In this document: positions 12,011 to 27,099 of the stretch, in pieces
Position numbering within the stretch: position 1 is the first letter of the stretch
Layout of the letters: every line of letters starts with the position of its first letter
NCBI GenBank assembly: GCA_973895155.1
Contig: OZ316891.1
Coordinates: forward strand, 20,658,169-20,722,168
DNA: 64,000 nt
Direction: 5' to 3'
From: Marsupella aquatica
Taxonomy: Eukaryota; Plantae; Marchantiophyta
Notes under the pieces: generated by a model
The model's input: only the letters and a program-made list of their open reading frames with translations
The model's database searches: none
Told to the model about the DNA's origin: nothing
Position numbers and translations under genes: made by a program

Positions 12011-15000
12011 CCCTGCCAGAGCCCCAATAATTGCATATCAAAATTTGACAATATATAGTGTATTATGTCATTACATAATGTAATAAACTTGATTATTTTG
12101 TTTAAATCAGTGAGTGTTAGTCTAAAAACGTATTTGGCAGTCGGGTTTTGATATGCAATTACCAGGACGCACACTGCTGGGGGTTACCACCCCCCTCTTT
12201 ATTGTAGGCTAATTTTTGGCAAATTCATAGTCCAGATTTTCTCTCCCGGGCACTGGTGGGGTTTACATTGTTGGCTAATTTTGCTAAATAATAGTCTATG
12301 TTAGCCCCTCTCACTGGTACTAATGGGGTTTGTATTGTTGGCTAAATTTGCTAAATTTTATAGTCTATATTAGCCCAATGTGTCTGTGTTGTGGAATATT
12401 GTTGATAGTAACTGATGTTGAGTGTACATGTTGTCAGGCATAAGTGAGATAACCAAGTTCAAACCCTGCGGGAAATTGTTTTTAGCAACCTGATGTCAAG
12501 GAGTGTGCAAATTGGGAGAACAGTGTTGGGTTGGACGTGGAAAAGGTGCATGGTGTCACTTTTAAGTCCATCTCATGGCTAGTAAAAACTGTCACCATAA
12601 ACTGTCACCCTAAATGAAATTTTGTAGACAGACCATGAGGAAGAAAAAGTGACATTAAATATTATGGTGTTTAGACAAGTCCAATGCCCATGCCTTGCAC
12701 TATTAGTGAGGGCTAGGCACAGATCGAGAAGCAAGGTGCACACGATGTGGGTGGGGTACAGAGGACAAGGATGATGCTACAGATTGCAAGCGCTGATTAC
12801 TCGGTTTTTGGCGATTGAACAGTGACAGAAAAACAATGTGACAACAAACTGCAAGGATTCCTTTCTGCCAGATGTCATGTTGTAAAGAGACAATCAACCA
12901 GAATGGGCAGGATTGGGCACTGTAGTTTCTAGATTCATTGCTCTCATGGTCACTGAGGGGGCTTTTCATGGTGGCAATTTTTCACAAATTTTTTAGTCCA
13001 GACTTGCTCTTAGTGGCCAAGGGGGGCATTACAAGAATGAGTGGGCAAAAATTGACCAGTCACCTCACCTGTATTTTACCATACCTGAGCCAAATGTCCA
13101 TTTAGACTGTTGACCCAACAAGGTGGCCAGGTAGTACATTTATATCAGCAGTACAGCCATAGTGAGAAGAGACCAAAGATGTCCTCTCAGAATACGACCT
13201 CAAGCAATAGTCTAAACTTTGGCCAGAACCAGGGTTAAATGGAGTCTAAAAGATTAGCAAAATCTTGGAAGGGACCAGTCATTTATTGTTCAGCCATTCT
13301 CGTAAAGCCCACTCACCTAAAGTGTGAGCTCACACGGAAACAACATTTGATAATGTCATGAGCCTCATGACATGGAAGTGTCTATGAATTAATCGTTAGA
13401 ATAACATGGACTACCGGAATAGATTCGAATGTTTCGAGGCAGTCCATCCAGGTTGAACTGGAAGTCAATAGAATGCACTATGCAAGTTGCTGCAAACATT
13501 TGGAATGAATGTTGCCCATCCAGGTTGTAATGGAAATTGTCACTTTTAATCTTTCATATGAACTCACAATCCGGGTTCATTCCAATGTTTAGGATGCAGT
13601 CCATCCAGGTTACAAACATGCATACGAGGATTGCTTTCTGTAAATAATGATTTCATAATTTTTCCATCTGAATACAACTGGAGGTAGAAGCTTGGAGGCA
13701 CACAAATGTTTGGTACTTATGAACACATGAACTGTATAGAACGTGTCATGATCCTCGTAAAACCTTCTGGTGTCATGATATGAAAGTAGATGTTGTATAC
13801 TCTGCAACCATGGCAATGAAGGACAAACCCTAAACTTTCTCAATTGCATAAGAATTGAGTCCGCTACATGGACACCTTCCATCACTGGTCAAGTGCATGC
13901 TTACATCTCATTTCTGAAACAAAACTGTAAACTACGCCATAATAGTAATATTAGAAATTTCACCTGTGTCCATCAAAGCATCCCTTCAGACATATGGGGC
14001 ATCATGTCAAACAATTGTGTCCAAGCAAGCTTCGACTATACTGAGGATTATCAAGAATAAAATAAAACTTTGGAAGCACATCTTTAGAAAAAACTCCATA
14101 GACAAAGCAGCTAGGCAAAAGATCTAACGATTCAGATTAGTCTAGAACGATGGATAAGAGTAGCTGTGCCCTCAGTCACTCGAGATTATTGGGCCCTATA
14201 TTAGGGACCGATCGCGGTTTGTTAGATATATTGGCCACAGATCAAGCCATGGACTGTGTTTCGTTCTGTGCTTTGCTTGTCAATAGAGGTATTGACATCC
14301 TGCCCACCTCTAGTTCCATCCCCATCTGTAGGTGAGCCTCCAGAGTTACTCATGAACCCCAACCGTAGTTTGTATTTTAAGGGCGAAGTGCACAAAAAAA
14401 GACTAAATCACACCACACTCCTCCTTGCTTACCATCACAAGGCACATATTCACAGGCCTCCCAGCAAATCGACGGTTTACAGCTGTGGCTTCATGAAAAC
14501 CAGTAGATGTTTGGAAGCAAAGTAATGGATGTGACTTTGGGACTCGTAAAGTCCAAATTGGAAAAGCAGATGATCATCGTCCGTTTAATCTATGTCAACA
14601 GCAAAGTGCTCGTTCATTGCTTAGAATCCATTCCTTAAGCTTCGACAAGTCTGAAACTGCCTATGAAGTTCTCAAGGAGTCAACAGAAATACACAACCAG
14701 GACCACAATCATCAGAGTAAAAACTCAGTAGATCAAATGCTGACGATCATGCACAGCTCCTCACGACAGCACCCAAGGTTACATTCTTGCAACAAAATCA
14801 TAAACAAACATAATCGGTTCAACACAATGGCCAACTCCACCGATGAATAAAACTGCCAACAAAATTGAAAAACCTCTTCGAGACTACATGGGAACGAAAG
14901 AAGCTTCCCACGAAAGTTAGCTCAGTGGAAAATAACTACATCCACTGCGGCATCTATCGATAAAGCCAGCCCTAACAAAACACCGAAGGATCTAGCTCAG

Positions 15001-15019
15001 AAAGATGCAAATCGGCACT

Positions 15020-16092
<1,073 letters not shown>

Positions 16093-16246
16093 GATGAACG
16101 CGCAGTAATCGATTCAGCGCCAAAGCGCACACTAGCTCCGGACTTTTCCTTCTTCGCTGCGTGCTCTCGATGGCGCTCCCTCCCTACCTCTTCTCGTTCG
16201 CCGCAACTGACGACTCGTTTGATGATCGCCCACAGATTTTGTGCAC

Positions 16247-16254
16247 AAACCCTA
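16247..16254. promoter_or_regulatory. Telo-box (AAACCCTA) in the RPS27A promoter/leader
   Basis: Exact motif ~155 bp upstream of the ATG; telo-boxes are typical of plant ribosomal protein promoters. Confidence 0.5.
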
Positions 16255-16528
16255 GTGACGACGCCGAGCGTCGAGTCCGGGGTTGGGGGTGAGGGTGAGG
16301 GAAATGAGGGGGAGAGGGGAAGAGGGAGCGTAGTTTTCTATGAAACCGATGACTCTCGCTGATCTACTGTACTCCGTTCCCTTGTCGATAGAATGTCCAT
16401 AGCAGCCTATGTTTTAACTGCGCATTTTAGCCAAATTCCATCTCCCAAAAAACTTTTGTCACTTTTCGCTAATATTGACTAAATTTTTTTGACACCATTA
16501 GCCACTCTTCCACCAAATTATGGACCCA

Positions 16529-18101
16529 CTAGCTGAGTACTTGTGCATTGCACAAAAGATGTCATGTCGGCCAAGATGTCGTTGAAAACAAAGATGTCGT
16601 GTCGGCCAGGATGTCATTGAGAAAAAAGATGTCATGTCGGCCAAGAGGTCATTGAGAAAAAAAATATCGTGTCGGCCACGATGTCGTTGAGAAAAAAGAT
16701 GTCATGTCGGCCAAGAGGTCATTAAAAAATAAAAATAAAAAGTGTCGGCCAAGATGTCATTGACACAGAGATACCGTGTCGCCCAAGAATTCATTGAGAA
16801 AACATATGTCGTGTTGGTCAAGATGTAGTTGAGAAAAAAATGTCATGTCGGCTAAGAAGCCGTTGAGGAAAAGATGTCGTGTTGGCCAAGATGTCATTGA
16901 CAAAAAAGATGTCGTGTTGGCCATGATATTGTGTCGGCCAAGATGTCGTTAACACAAAGGATGTTGTGTCGGCCAAGAGATTGTTGAGAAAAAAGATATT
17001 GTGTTGGCCAAGATATCATTGAGGAAAAAGATTTAGTTAAACCACACCTGCCCCTACAAAGGGCTACGGGTAACCCGTAGCTCTCATTCTAAGGAGTACA
17101 AGTTCATAAATGGGCTTTGAGCTCCACAAAAGGTGCTGATGGCAAAACCTTTTTTTGGCAAGTACTCCACAAAACGTGCTAGTGTTCCACCTTTTATGGT
17201 GAGTAGTGAGACATGGAATGAGGTTTTTTTAGTGGCAGGTGTGGTTTAAGTATAACAATATTGTTAAGTACAATATATGGTCGATAAATCAAAAAATGTC
17301 GTCAAAGATATTGTTAAGTACAAAAGTGAAAGAATAATATTGTCACTTGATAAATTATTTTGAAGAGAATACGCATGATGAGGTCTTTATTAATTTAGAC
17401 TGCTTACTTGGCTTTGGCCGCCCCAATTCCGAGACCCCTTGGGAGCACTACACAACTTGGCCAACTTTTCTATGGGACTTTTTCTTACCCCTTGCATCCC
17501 CAAACCCCATTTTTGGTTACTTCAAAAGTTTAGCTTAAAGTCAGGGGACTCATGCCTTGGGGCCGTGACAAGGAGGGAGGTGCGGGGGGAGGCGAGGAGG
17601 CTGGGGAGTTTCCCAGGGAGTTGAGGGAGGTGCAGGAGGTAAGGATCGCGGCCCCAAGGCATGAGTCGAGCCCCGAATCCCCGATTGGGTCTGGTGTGGT
17701 GAGGGCGAGTGTCGAGTCAGGGCATGGCCTTGACTCAACGTTGGCAGAGTCGGGCAGGGGCAGGGTTGAGCCGCACGGTTGAGCTGCGGCAAGGGTCAGG
17801 CGTCGGCCGGCCCTTCATTGAGGGTCATCAGCGAGGGTCACGGCCAAGGGCAGGGGAGGGAGGGGGTCCAGGCCCGAGGCGAGGGAAGGGACGGGGGGCT
17901 GTGAGGCTGCACGGCAATGCAAGGTGGTCGCTGCAGGGTGGTCACTGCATCCAGGACGCTAATTTCTTTTTGACATTTTCTTTTTCCTTCTATTGCTTCC
18001 ATTTTCTACCGTTTCTACTTTTCTCACGCAAAACGGCCCTGCAATTTCAAATGACGACCACGGGAAAAAATGGTTCAACCTTGTATTATAGGAGTTAATG
18101 A
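16529..18101 (-). mobile_element. Probable non-autonomous Helitron with subterminal ~35-bp AAGATGTC minisatellite
   Basis: Minus-strand 3' end: hairpin TTGTGCAATGCACAA (16541-16555), 8 nt, then CTAG|T (16529-16532). Candidate 5' end A|TCATTAACTCCTATAATA at 18101. Array at 16557-17030. Confidence 0.55.
17041..17245. mobile_element. 205-bp MITE with 12-bp TIRs flanked by TTAA
   Basis: ttaa|ACCACACCTGCC ... GGCAGGTGTGGT|ttaa; a second left end, ttaa|agcacacctgccccta, occurs at 18345. Confidence 0.6.
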
Positions 18102-18552
18102 TTAGTTAAAATCTAATAGTCCTCTTTAAATCTAGAGATATTTGACTGTCACGATTTTAATTGAGTAATCTGACAAAGAATATTTCTAGAATCTCTTCCC
18201 TTAGAGAAGGGAACATTGTGGCTAAAAATTAAAAAACCTTAAAAAATACACTGGTCCATAGCACAGTCGACAAAGGTAAAAAGCACATTCATTTTAGGAG
18301 TACGGGCCTACTTTACCACTTTCCACAGCACAGTCACCCATTAAAGCACACCTGCCCCTATAAGCCACGGGTTGACCTAGCTACCATTAAATAAATGTTT
18401 TTTCCCAAATTTTTCTAAATTTAAGCAAACTTGGAATGTGTAAACAGGAGACGTCGGCCATTCCCCTCTTGTATGTGGCCAGTGCAGGTTTAACACTTAA
18501 AGGCCAGTGCAGATTTGAAATTTTTATTTCCAAGATATTATTGTATGAAATG

Positions 18553-20751
18553 CTGCCCCTCATTTTTCAAATATACTTCCTGGGGCCCCTTGTCTCTCCA
18601 ACCATTCCTCGTGACCTGTGTGATTATTTTCCCCCTTTTTTTAATTCTAACAACATTTGTATAGCTACGTAGGTTAGGCAATCAGGTGTACTCCTTGGAA
18701 TTACTTTTTAATGTTTTAAAAATATTAACGTATAGTACATACATAGTACATAGACCCTGTCACTCCTCTATTCATTTTAATTTCATTACGGACCCCACTA
18801 GAGGTCCCTTCCAAAATTCTTGGCACCAGAGCGTGCCATGTCAACAATAACCGCAACAAACAAGACTCGTTGGTCTTGTGAATTAAACTTATAGTTTTTA
18901 TTTGTGTTTGTGTCAATTTGGGTGTAAATTTTGGGACGCCGTGCCATAAAAAGAAAAATAAAAACATTGAAAATACAAAGAGCAAGACGGTTAAAACTAT
19001 CACTATGTAACCATTTTAGTTACATTTCCAATTTTAAAATTTAAATTCAAAGATTTATAAAAGTATTTTTCATATAATAAATAATGATTAATAACTAACT
19101 TGATAACTTCCTTGTTGAACCGCAACTCCCGGTATGTAAGGACCTCTCATATTGTACGGCCATTAATGTTGGGAAGAGCACATAGAAACTCAGGATGGGG
19201 AGGAGGAATGACTGGAATCTTGAAAGTTCATCTAATTTTATACTCAAAACTATTTACTCATTCTCTAAACAAAAAATACCCAATCGTAGATCTCATTGAG
19301 ATCTTTCGTTTGCACCCTAGATCGCCTTCTAACATGGATGAATAAGATTTCTAGAGGCATTACAAAATGGACGGCAAAGATCGTAAAATCAACAAAATCG
19401 ACGGCTAGGAGGGCTTGGATTTGTTTAATTTTTCATTTGAAAAATATTAACCCATTTGCAAAATGGACAGAACCCATCCATAGATCTATTTGAGATCTTT
19501 CTTTTCAGCCATAGATTGGCCATTATGATGGAAGGACGAGATTTCCGGAGATAAGAAATGGAGACGGCTCAGATCGACTCTTCCCCCTGATTTTATTAGC
19601 CAAGGGGTCCACGAACTAATTTTGAAATACTTATGCAGAGAAAGTAAGTAATATTTCCTCTCTTTACTTATTTCTTATTATTCTGCCACTCACATACCCT
19701 ATTTGCAACTATGTTTCACCTTTTACAAGTGATTAGACATTTCATTCACTATTGGATTGGATTGATGAATTGCAGGTATGTGGGTATGTGTCTTTTTTAT
19801 AGTACTTAGACTACAGTCTTGGTCTATTCTGGTATTTTTGCAGAACTGAAATAAGCAGGATTAGGGAGTAAAGCAGCATGCTGAACTTATCAATGTTTTT
19901 ACAGTTTTTACAGATTGGACTAGTGGTCACTGAGTGTGACACGCAGAGCAAAAAAATTAGTGTCACTTTGAGTCAACATGGAGACATGAATTTCAGTATG
20001 ATTTTGATAGCTAATTTTGTGATTGTTGCACCAACTGACTCAAATTCTTAAAGTTATTTAACTGTTTTACAAATGTTACTATGTGCATGCTCTATGCTCA
20101 TTTGTGTGAATTAAATTACTGCCTTGTGTACTAAAGTTAAAATATTGAAATTGTTGTTTAAGTGGCACTCTACCTTAGTGCTCACCTCTAAAAAATAACT
20201 TTCACAAAAATAACACCAAAGAAATGCTCAAGTCTGATGTGATTATTTCCAAAGAAACCTTTGCCAAAATAACATCAAAGAATTATTTAACTCACATGTA
20301 ATTTACTTACAAAATACAACTTTTTAAAAAAAGCACCCAGAAAGCACCCAGAAAGCACCCAATACCATTGGTTCACCTTGGGAAAGTTAAGGCAAGGCAA
20401 TACTCGAAGAAGTACTTTCAAGCATGAGCACTTCAAAAAGCTGACAGGGAATAACTATAGAGAGCAAGTCTTACTTACCTTATAGACTACTTACTTGCAT
20501 AAATATTTCAAAACAAGAAGAAAATGAACATTGGAGTGATAGGGGCTAGGTACTCTACATATATTTTATTTAGTATTTTCAAGCAAAAATACAACAAAAC
20601 TTACTTCTAGAGAATACATCTGGCGGATTGATGTACATAACTAGCTGTACTATGATGTTTTAATTAAAAAACTGGAAAAATTAATCACATCATGAGTAGG
20701 GGTTCCAAGGACAAGGGGCCCCAGGAAGTCTATTTCAAAAGTGAGGGGCAG
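18553..20751. mobile_element. ~2.2-kb non-coding element with long degenerate inverted repeats (DNA transposon derivative)
   Basis: ctgcccctcatttttcaaatatacttcctggggccccttgtc at 18553 mirrors gacaaggggccccaggaagtctatttcaaaagtgaggggcag ending at 20751. AT-rich interior; no clear TSD. Confidence 0.55.
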
Positions 20752-23521
20752 TCAGGGATATTTTTGTCTAGAGGGGCCCATCAAGTCATTTGCTGGTGGA
20801 AAGGGCACTCATCCGTTAATTTCAATGTTTATGTTTGCCAAATATTTATGTTGTGGAATTCACGGAACCTTGTGTTTTCCATGAAACCCGGGTTTGCTTG
20901 CAATTCTACTTTACTCAGTCCCTTGTCCATTGCACAGTCAACAAAGGTAAATGCACATCCATTTTAGGAATGTAGGCCTACTTACCCCTTGCCACATGCC
21001 AATGTCAAAATACTTGAATTTTATTCTTACTTTCTTTCTTTTTGAGTTTTTATTCCATAAAAATTCTCATAAACTCAATACAATGGTGTGACAAAAGGGC
21101 ACTCATGTGTTAATATTTGGATGTTTATGTGTGCCACCTTGTACCATGGAGTAGTGTTCATATCCATTATGCTTTACCCAAATCAGTCCTGGCATAGGAA
21201 CCATGGCACACTCTGTTTGTCAGGAGCTGACTGAGCGGACAGACAAACAGGCAAAAGGAAACGAAAGAATTACTGTTCCTCTAGAGCCCTTAGAAATATC
21301 ACCCAAAACTTAGTTTCTTGCAATTCTACCATAGCCATTAGACTATTCTAATTCCATCATCCTGGCCCTCACTCTCTCCTTTGAATGGTCATGGATTCTA
21401 ATTATTACCAAACAGGCAGCCAATTTGCTTCAATCTGTGCTTCAACGGCCCAGTGTCTGCTACCCACTGACCAAGGCAAATGAAGCCATTTGCCTTATGG
21501 TTGCCCACTTCTTCTCAGCTCAGCCCAATTGCCAAACAGTGCGATCATTGCTTCCTTCTCAAAATGCTTCACCCCATGCTCCTGCCATTAGCCATCATCT
21601 GGCCCTTGCAAATAATAAAGCAGGCAATTGTTAGATGCATCAAAGATTGATGACTCTTTTTTCTAGTTTTGTTTCCAGCGGATTGTCATGTCATACTTGG
21701 GATTATTACTCAAGCCCTGTGAAGGCCACAGCTAAGCCCCAGAAAACTTAAAGCAATAAACTTCATAGTATCTGCCCTTTTCTTGTCTGGTTATTTTCCC
21801 CTCCACTGTTGGTTCATATTTCGAATTCTTTTGCGGTGTGTTTTGCTTCTTCCTCTTCTGTATGTTCTTTTCATCGTCTCATCATAGGCGTGACAGGTCA
21901 GTGAGGCACAAATTTCCTTACCATAATCGCTTCATTGTCAGCATGGAAAGGTAAGAAAGTAGGGCCAACATTCAACCAACTAGGAGTGATTTGATATGGT
22001 CACCAGTTGTTTGCTCTCTAAGCTTAATGTCTCCTTTCACTAACCCACCAACGAGAATTAAGAATTATATATGAACATGATCACTTCATTGACCAATAGG
22101 CTGGAGGTGGGAAGTAGGACCACTGTACTATTTTGATCATTTGTACTATTTTGATCATGTGATGATTGAGTTCTCTGACCAATTAGGATTGGCTTGCATC
22201 CCTGAGTTCCCAATATATAGGTGCAAGGGCATCCTGTTTGAGCATAGAGGAATGACCTTTCTATCCATCTAGAGCCTCAATCTGCTTGGGAATCTCTGTA
22301 GACATGGACATTTATGGATATTGAACACCAAACTTAGCCCATACGTCCCAAATTTGGACAGGTGGACAATTTTAGAACCAAAACTAGGGGAAGATGTGGT
22401 TGATCCTAATTGTAAAAGCTATAATGCATCTTCTATACCATCCTCTATCAAGCTAATAGTGTGAAATTTTCTGGGCTCTAGGATATGCAGTGGAGGTACC
22501 AAAGTTGTAGATGACAAAATCCAATAGCAAGCGCCAAAGGTTTCCTGGGCCTTCTATACGATAGGTCATACTTTGCAACAAAAGTGCAAAGCATTTGATA
22601 GTAGATATTACTTTTCAATGCGCACAGCCCGACCTACAATTAGGATTAAGGAGATGCCTCATCAGCTCCTCTTGGCATTGTTGGATTATCCTGTCTGAAG
22701 AGTAATAGGAGCAACTCAATTATGGAGACATGGCCAAGGTCTGAACTAATGCTAAAGAAAAAATGTTTGGTGACTGGGACCTTGGTCAGAGGGCCTCCTC
22801 CATGGGCTAGTTGTTTGGAATTTCCATCGTACATTTGTTCACCCTGGGGCCCCCAAACTTCCTTGTATCCCTTGTCCTTGTACTGCCGTTGCTTGTTGTC
22901 ATTACCATCTTGATCGAATCTTGACAATTCCTGTGAAATTTAAATTTTTTGTTAGCCTGGCATTTGAGTCCCCTCTAATGAAAATTCCCTGAAGTTCTTT
23001 TTAACCTCCAATTTGACACCACCCATTAGATTACAACGAAATTTACACAAATAGCCCATACCAAATGCTAGGAAGTATTCTTAAACTTTATCTAATCTAC
23101 CAAAATATCACTCCTAGTGTAGGTGTACTTTGTGGTACAATTCCTTAGCCACTCCATGACATCACCCATTGAGAAAAACAGATAAAGTAATTGCCACAAA
23201 ATTTGTACCTACGAGAGGCTTTCGGTGAAGATTCCTAACCAAATTTCTTGCATTGAGGAATTCAAATCCAAATTCAAATGAATCTAGGCTAGAAGTGACC
23301 TATTGAATCTAAGCTCAATGTTTTCCCCTTCCATTGAAATTTGGATAGGCTTCTTGTAAATTGAAAATTGTAGCTATAGTTGTTCTATTTGAATGAGCCC
23401 TATGCTAGTGCACTACACTGTGCAAGGAGGGCAGACCCAAGGGGAGTAGGGCCAAGGCATTTTATGGGGCAGCAAGAAGCACATATGTGCCAGAGGTGCA
23501 CATTTCCTCCATGAATGGTCA

Positions 23522-24429
23522 GGGAAAATAATTAATCGAATCTAACGGGTGTGGATCTTTCCCGCCCATGAGTTTTTGTGTATTGGGACGAAGGACGAAA
23601 AAAGTTGGATCCCTTTCGAAGGACAAAGAAATTTGTAGATAGCTTGCAGGGGTAGTAACCACATGTTCCTGTATAAGAACTTCGAGTAACCCATAGTACT
23701 CTATTCACATAGAGTTCAATCCTGTATCCAAAAGAGCACTCCAATTTTTTGGGTTTTGCCGGGGTAACATTGTAGTCTCATGCATTCACCACAATGGGCA
23801 AGCTGCTAGAGCTCAAACAATTTTTTCTTGTTGAAAAAAACCAAATCACAGCTCAAAATGTACATTGTTTAAAGTAGTTAGACAGTGTTTCTAACACTAA
23901 TAGTGTAGTTTGCAAAAATTTGAGTCTGTTTTGAATTAGTGTTACTAAGACTAATGCTGTAGTAATAGTATTTGCCACTGATTAAATTAGAGATACCAAT
24001 AACATTAATTATAAAAATCACCTCAAGTTATTTGTGGCGTGACTATTGATACCAAAAAATGTTACATGAAACCATGAATCTTGTTGGAGGACTTGGCACA
24101 CTACTTGAGTGTGAAAAATGTGAGTTGAAATTGTCATGAAAATAATGAAGTTTTGACGATAAGATAGACAAAACCTAAACCATTAGATTCACATTAATAG
24201 TTCCATTAGATGATTTTCTACTATGCGTTTTCCATAACAATCACTGATTTAGTGTTATGGTAATATGTTCATTAATGTTACTGAGTTCCAAAACTCCACT
24301 ACTCACACATTAGTTTTACTAACACTATTTCCGTTGTAAAACTTACACTAAACTACTATCGCAAACAACAGTGGAGATCTGGATGTTCCACAGAAGATCA
24401 CACCTGATAATAGTTTAAAATAATACTCC
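23522..24429. mobile_element. Possible old Mutator-like non-autonomous element
   Basis: Weak TIRs beginning GG that share ggtgtg(g)atctt; 9-bp flanks gaatggtca / aaattgtcg match at 6 of 9 positions. Confidence 0.3.
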
Positions 24430-25489
24430 AAATTGTCGCCGTGACTGGCACCAGGCGGTTCCCCCCAATATGTGTGTGTTCCTCCCCGGCTTTAGCACAC
24501 CGTGCACAGGCTACCACCTGTTGTTCAGTGTTCAGCCGCTTCGTTGCACTCTAACCATAGTTTACAATAAAACCTTGTACAGTCCAGTCGTCCAGTTTAC
24601 ATTGTCTGACGCGGATACAATCCAACTCTGCTAGTTTACACCCAATCTTCCTTCTGCACTGTCCAGTTGCCTGGTTTACACCCATCTTCCACTCCCTTAC
24701 ACTTTGGTGTTTGTAAGTTCCTTTTGGTCAAATTGAACCTGATGCCATCTGGGTGGAGATAAATGCACCATAGGGTGCACAGGCATGTCTCAACACCTTG
24801 AACTTGCAACCTCCATAGTCCACACTCGGATAGTCTACAGCAGTTTACACCCAAAGCTTGGAGTACACTCTTCCAGTTGACACCTAAAGCTTGGAGTATA
24901 GTCTTCCAGTTGACACCAAAGGGAAAATACAGTCCAGTCGTCTAGTTTACACCCAATGTCCGTCCATTTGTCCAGTTGACAGCATGGACGCGGTTTAGTC
25001 TTGGACTATGCAAAGTAAGGTGGTGAGTACTGTGGTATGTTATTCGTAGTCATACGTGAAACATGTAAAGCTACACCATTAGATTTTCCGTAGTTTCTGA
25101 ACATGGTTAGATCCATTGAGCAAGGTCCAAAACAAGGTAGATGAGGGGCAAATTTAATTTAAAAATTTGACCTTCTTTCTTTGTACTTTGTAGCCAACAC
25201 AAATTTTGGGCAAGAATTTGGCAAAAGTTTGCCAGTAAGAGTAAAACAGGATTTTACACCTGTGGTCTCATGGAAATATGTTACTAGGAATTGTATCTGA
25301 CATGTATAATTTACACCATTAGACCCTCCACAGTTTCAGGAGACTATCACAACTAGTGAGCACTATCCAAACAAAGAAGATCAGTGGTCAATTTTGCCCC
25401 AAACTCACGTTTGTTTCTCTTTGTACTATGTTAACCAGTAGAAATTACTGGTAAGATTTTGGCTAAAATTTGCCACTACCAAAACACTG

Positions 25490-26345
25490 AACTTTACACC
25501 TCAACCCTCCACTGTCACACTCCTCTACAGAAGCTTACACCTGTAGCCTCCACAGTCCACTCCTATACAGTAGTTTACACCAGGGCCTCCACAGTCCACT
25601 CCTATACAGTATTTTACACCCAAAGCCTCCAGTCTACTCCTACACAGTAGTTTACACCCAGGCCTCCACAGTCCACTCCTATACAGTAGTTTACACCCGC
25701 AGCCTCTACAGTCCACTCCCATACAGTATCCTACACCCACAGCCTCCACAGTCCACTTCCATACTGTAATTTACACCCAAAGCCTCCACAGTCTACTCCT
25801 GTATTGCAGCTTACACCCACAGCCTCTACACTCCACTCCTCTCCTGTAGTTTGCACTGAGAGCCTCCACAGTCCAATCCTATGCAGTACGTAGTTTACAC
25901 CCGGAGCCTCCACAGTCCACTCCTCTACTGTAGTTTACACCCGAGCCTCCACAGGTCACTCCTATACAGTAGTTTACACCCAGAGCCTCCACAGTCCGCT
26001 CCTCTATGTACTGTAGTTTACACCCAGAGCCTCCACAGTTCAGTCCTATATAGTAGCTTACACCCAGAGCCTCCACAGTTCACTCCTATACAGTAGTTTA
26101 CACCCAGAGCCTCCACAGTTCAGTCCTATATAGTAGTTTACACCCTGAGCCTCCACAGTTCAGTCCTATATAGTAGTTTACACCCAAGCCCCCACAGTTC
26201 AGTCCTATGTAGTACTTTACACCCAGAGCCTCCACAGTTCAGTCCTATATAGTAGTTTACACCCAGAGCCTCCACAGTTCAGTCCTATATAGTAGTTTAC
26301 ACCCCGAGCCTCCACAGTCCACTGCTTCAATTTTACACCACTCCA
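25490..26345. repeat. 40-bp minisatellite, ~21 copies
   Basis: gtagtttacacccagagcctccacagttcagtcctatata with exact 40-bp spacing at 26021, 26061, 26101 and 26141; degenerate relatives at 24580-24980. Confidence 0.93.
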
Positions 26346-27099
26346 GTGTACTGTTGTTGGCACCCGAATGTCGCCGTTCGTTCCTACCCGTCTCGCCCTC
26401 CTACAGTACCTCTCGTGCCATCGCCTCGATCCACTCCACTCCACTCCACTCCACTCACTCGACTGCACTCCAATTCCACCACTCCACTCCACTCCATAAT
26501 CTGGACCTTTCTTGCCTCGTCTTGCTGTCGTCTGGGTGTGGGTTCGTTCGTTGATAGCTTCCCTGTCTGGCAGGCCAAGGCGAGGAGCCGGGGACGGATT
26601 CGTTGTTGGGATGCTCTCGGTTCGTTGGTGATGCTGGGTGTCGTGCCACTCGAGGTGAGGTTGAGGTGAGGTGGAGGACTTGGTATGGTGTACCGAGCGA
26701 GGGGGAGATGGCAATACTAGAGGGAGGAGAAGGCAGGGGAGCAGGCTTGGGACCTCTCCGTGGAGAAGCGGTGGGAGTGTGCCGAAGGGTCGCTTGTGGT
26801 GGGAGGAGGACTACTGTGAGGTACTCAGCAGTGGGCGGAATTTGGATGGATTGCGTGGATCGTTGTTCAGGTTGAGAGAGAGCGGTACTCCGGAGGGGAA
26901 GGATTCATAAGGTAGATCGTGGATAACGAGAGAGAGAGGGAGGGTGATCGGGACAGAGAAGAATGGGGTGGGATTGAGGAGGAGGAGGATGTAGGAAGAG
27001 AGGAAGAGAGGGAGAGAGGTAGATTAAGGGAATGGTGAGAGGAGGGGTAGGAAGAGCGAGCTGCAATGCAGCAGGGGACAGGAAGTGAGATGAGTGGGC

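Noticed and set aside
25490-26345. CRISPR-like appearance of the 40-49-bp arrays
   Set aside because: Units are head-to-tail without unique spacers, there are no cas genes, and the context is eukaryotic.
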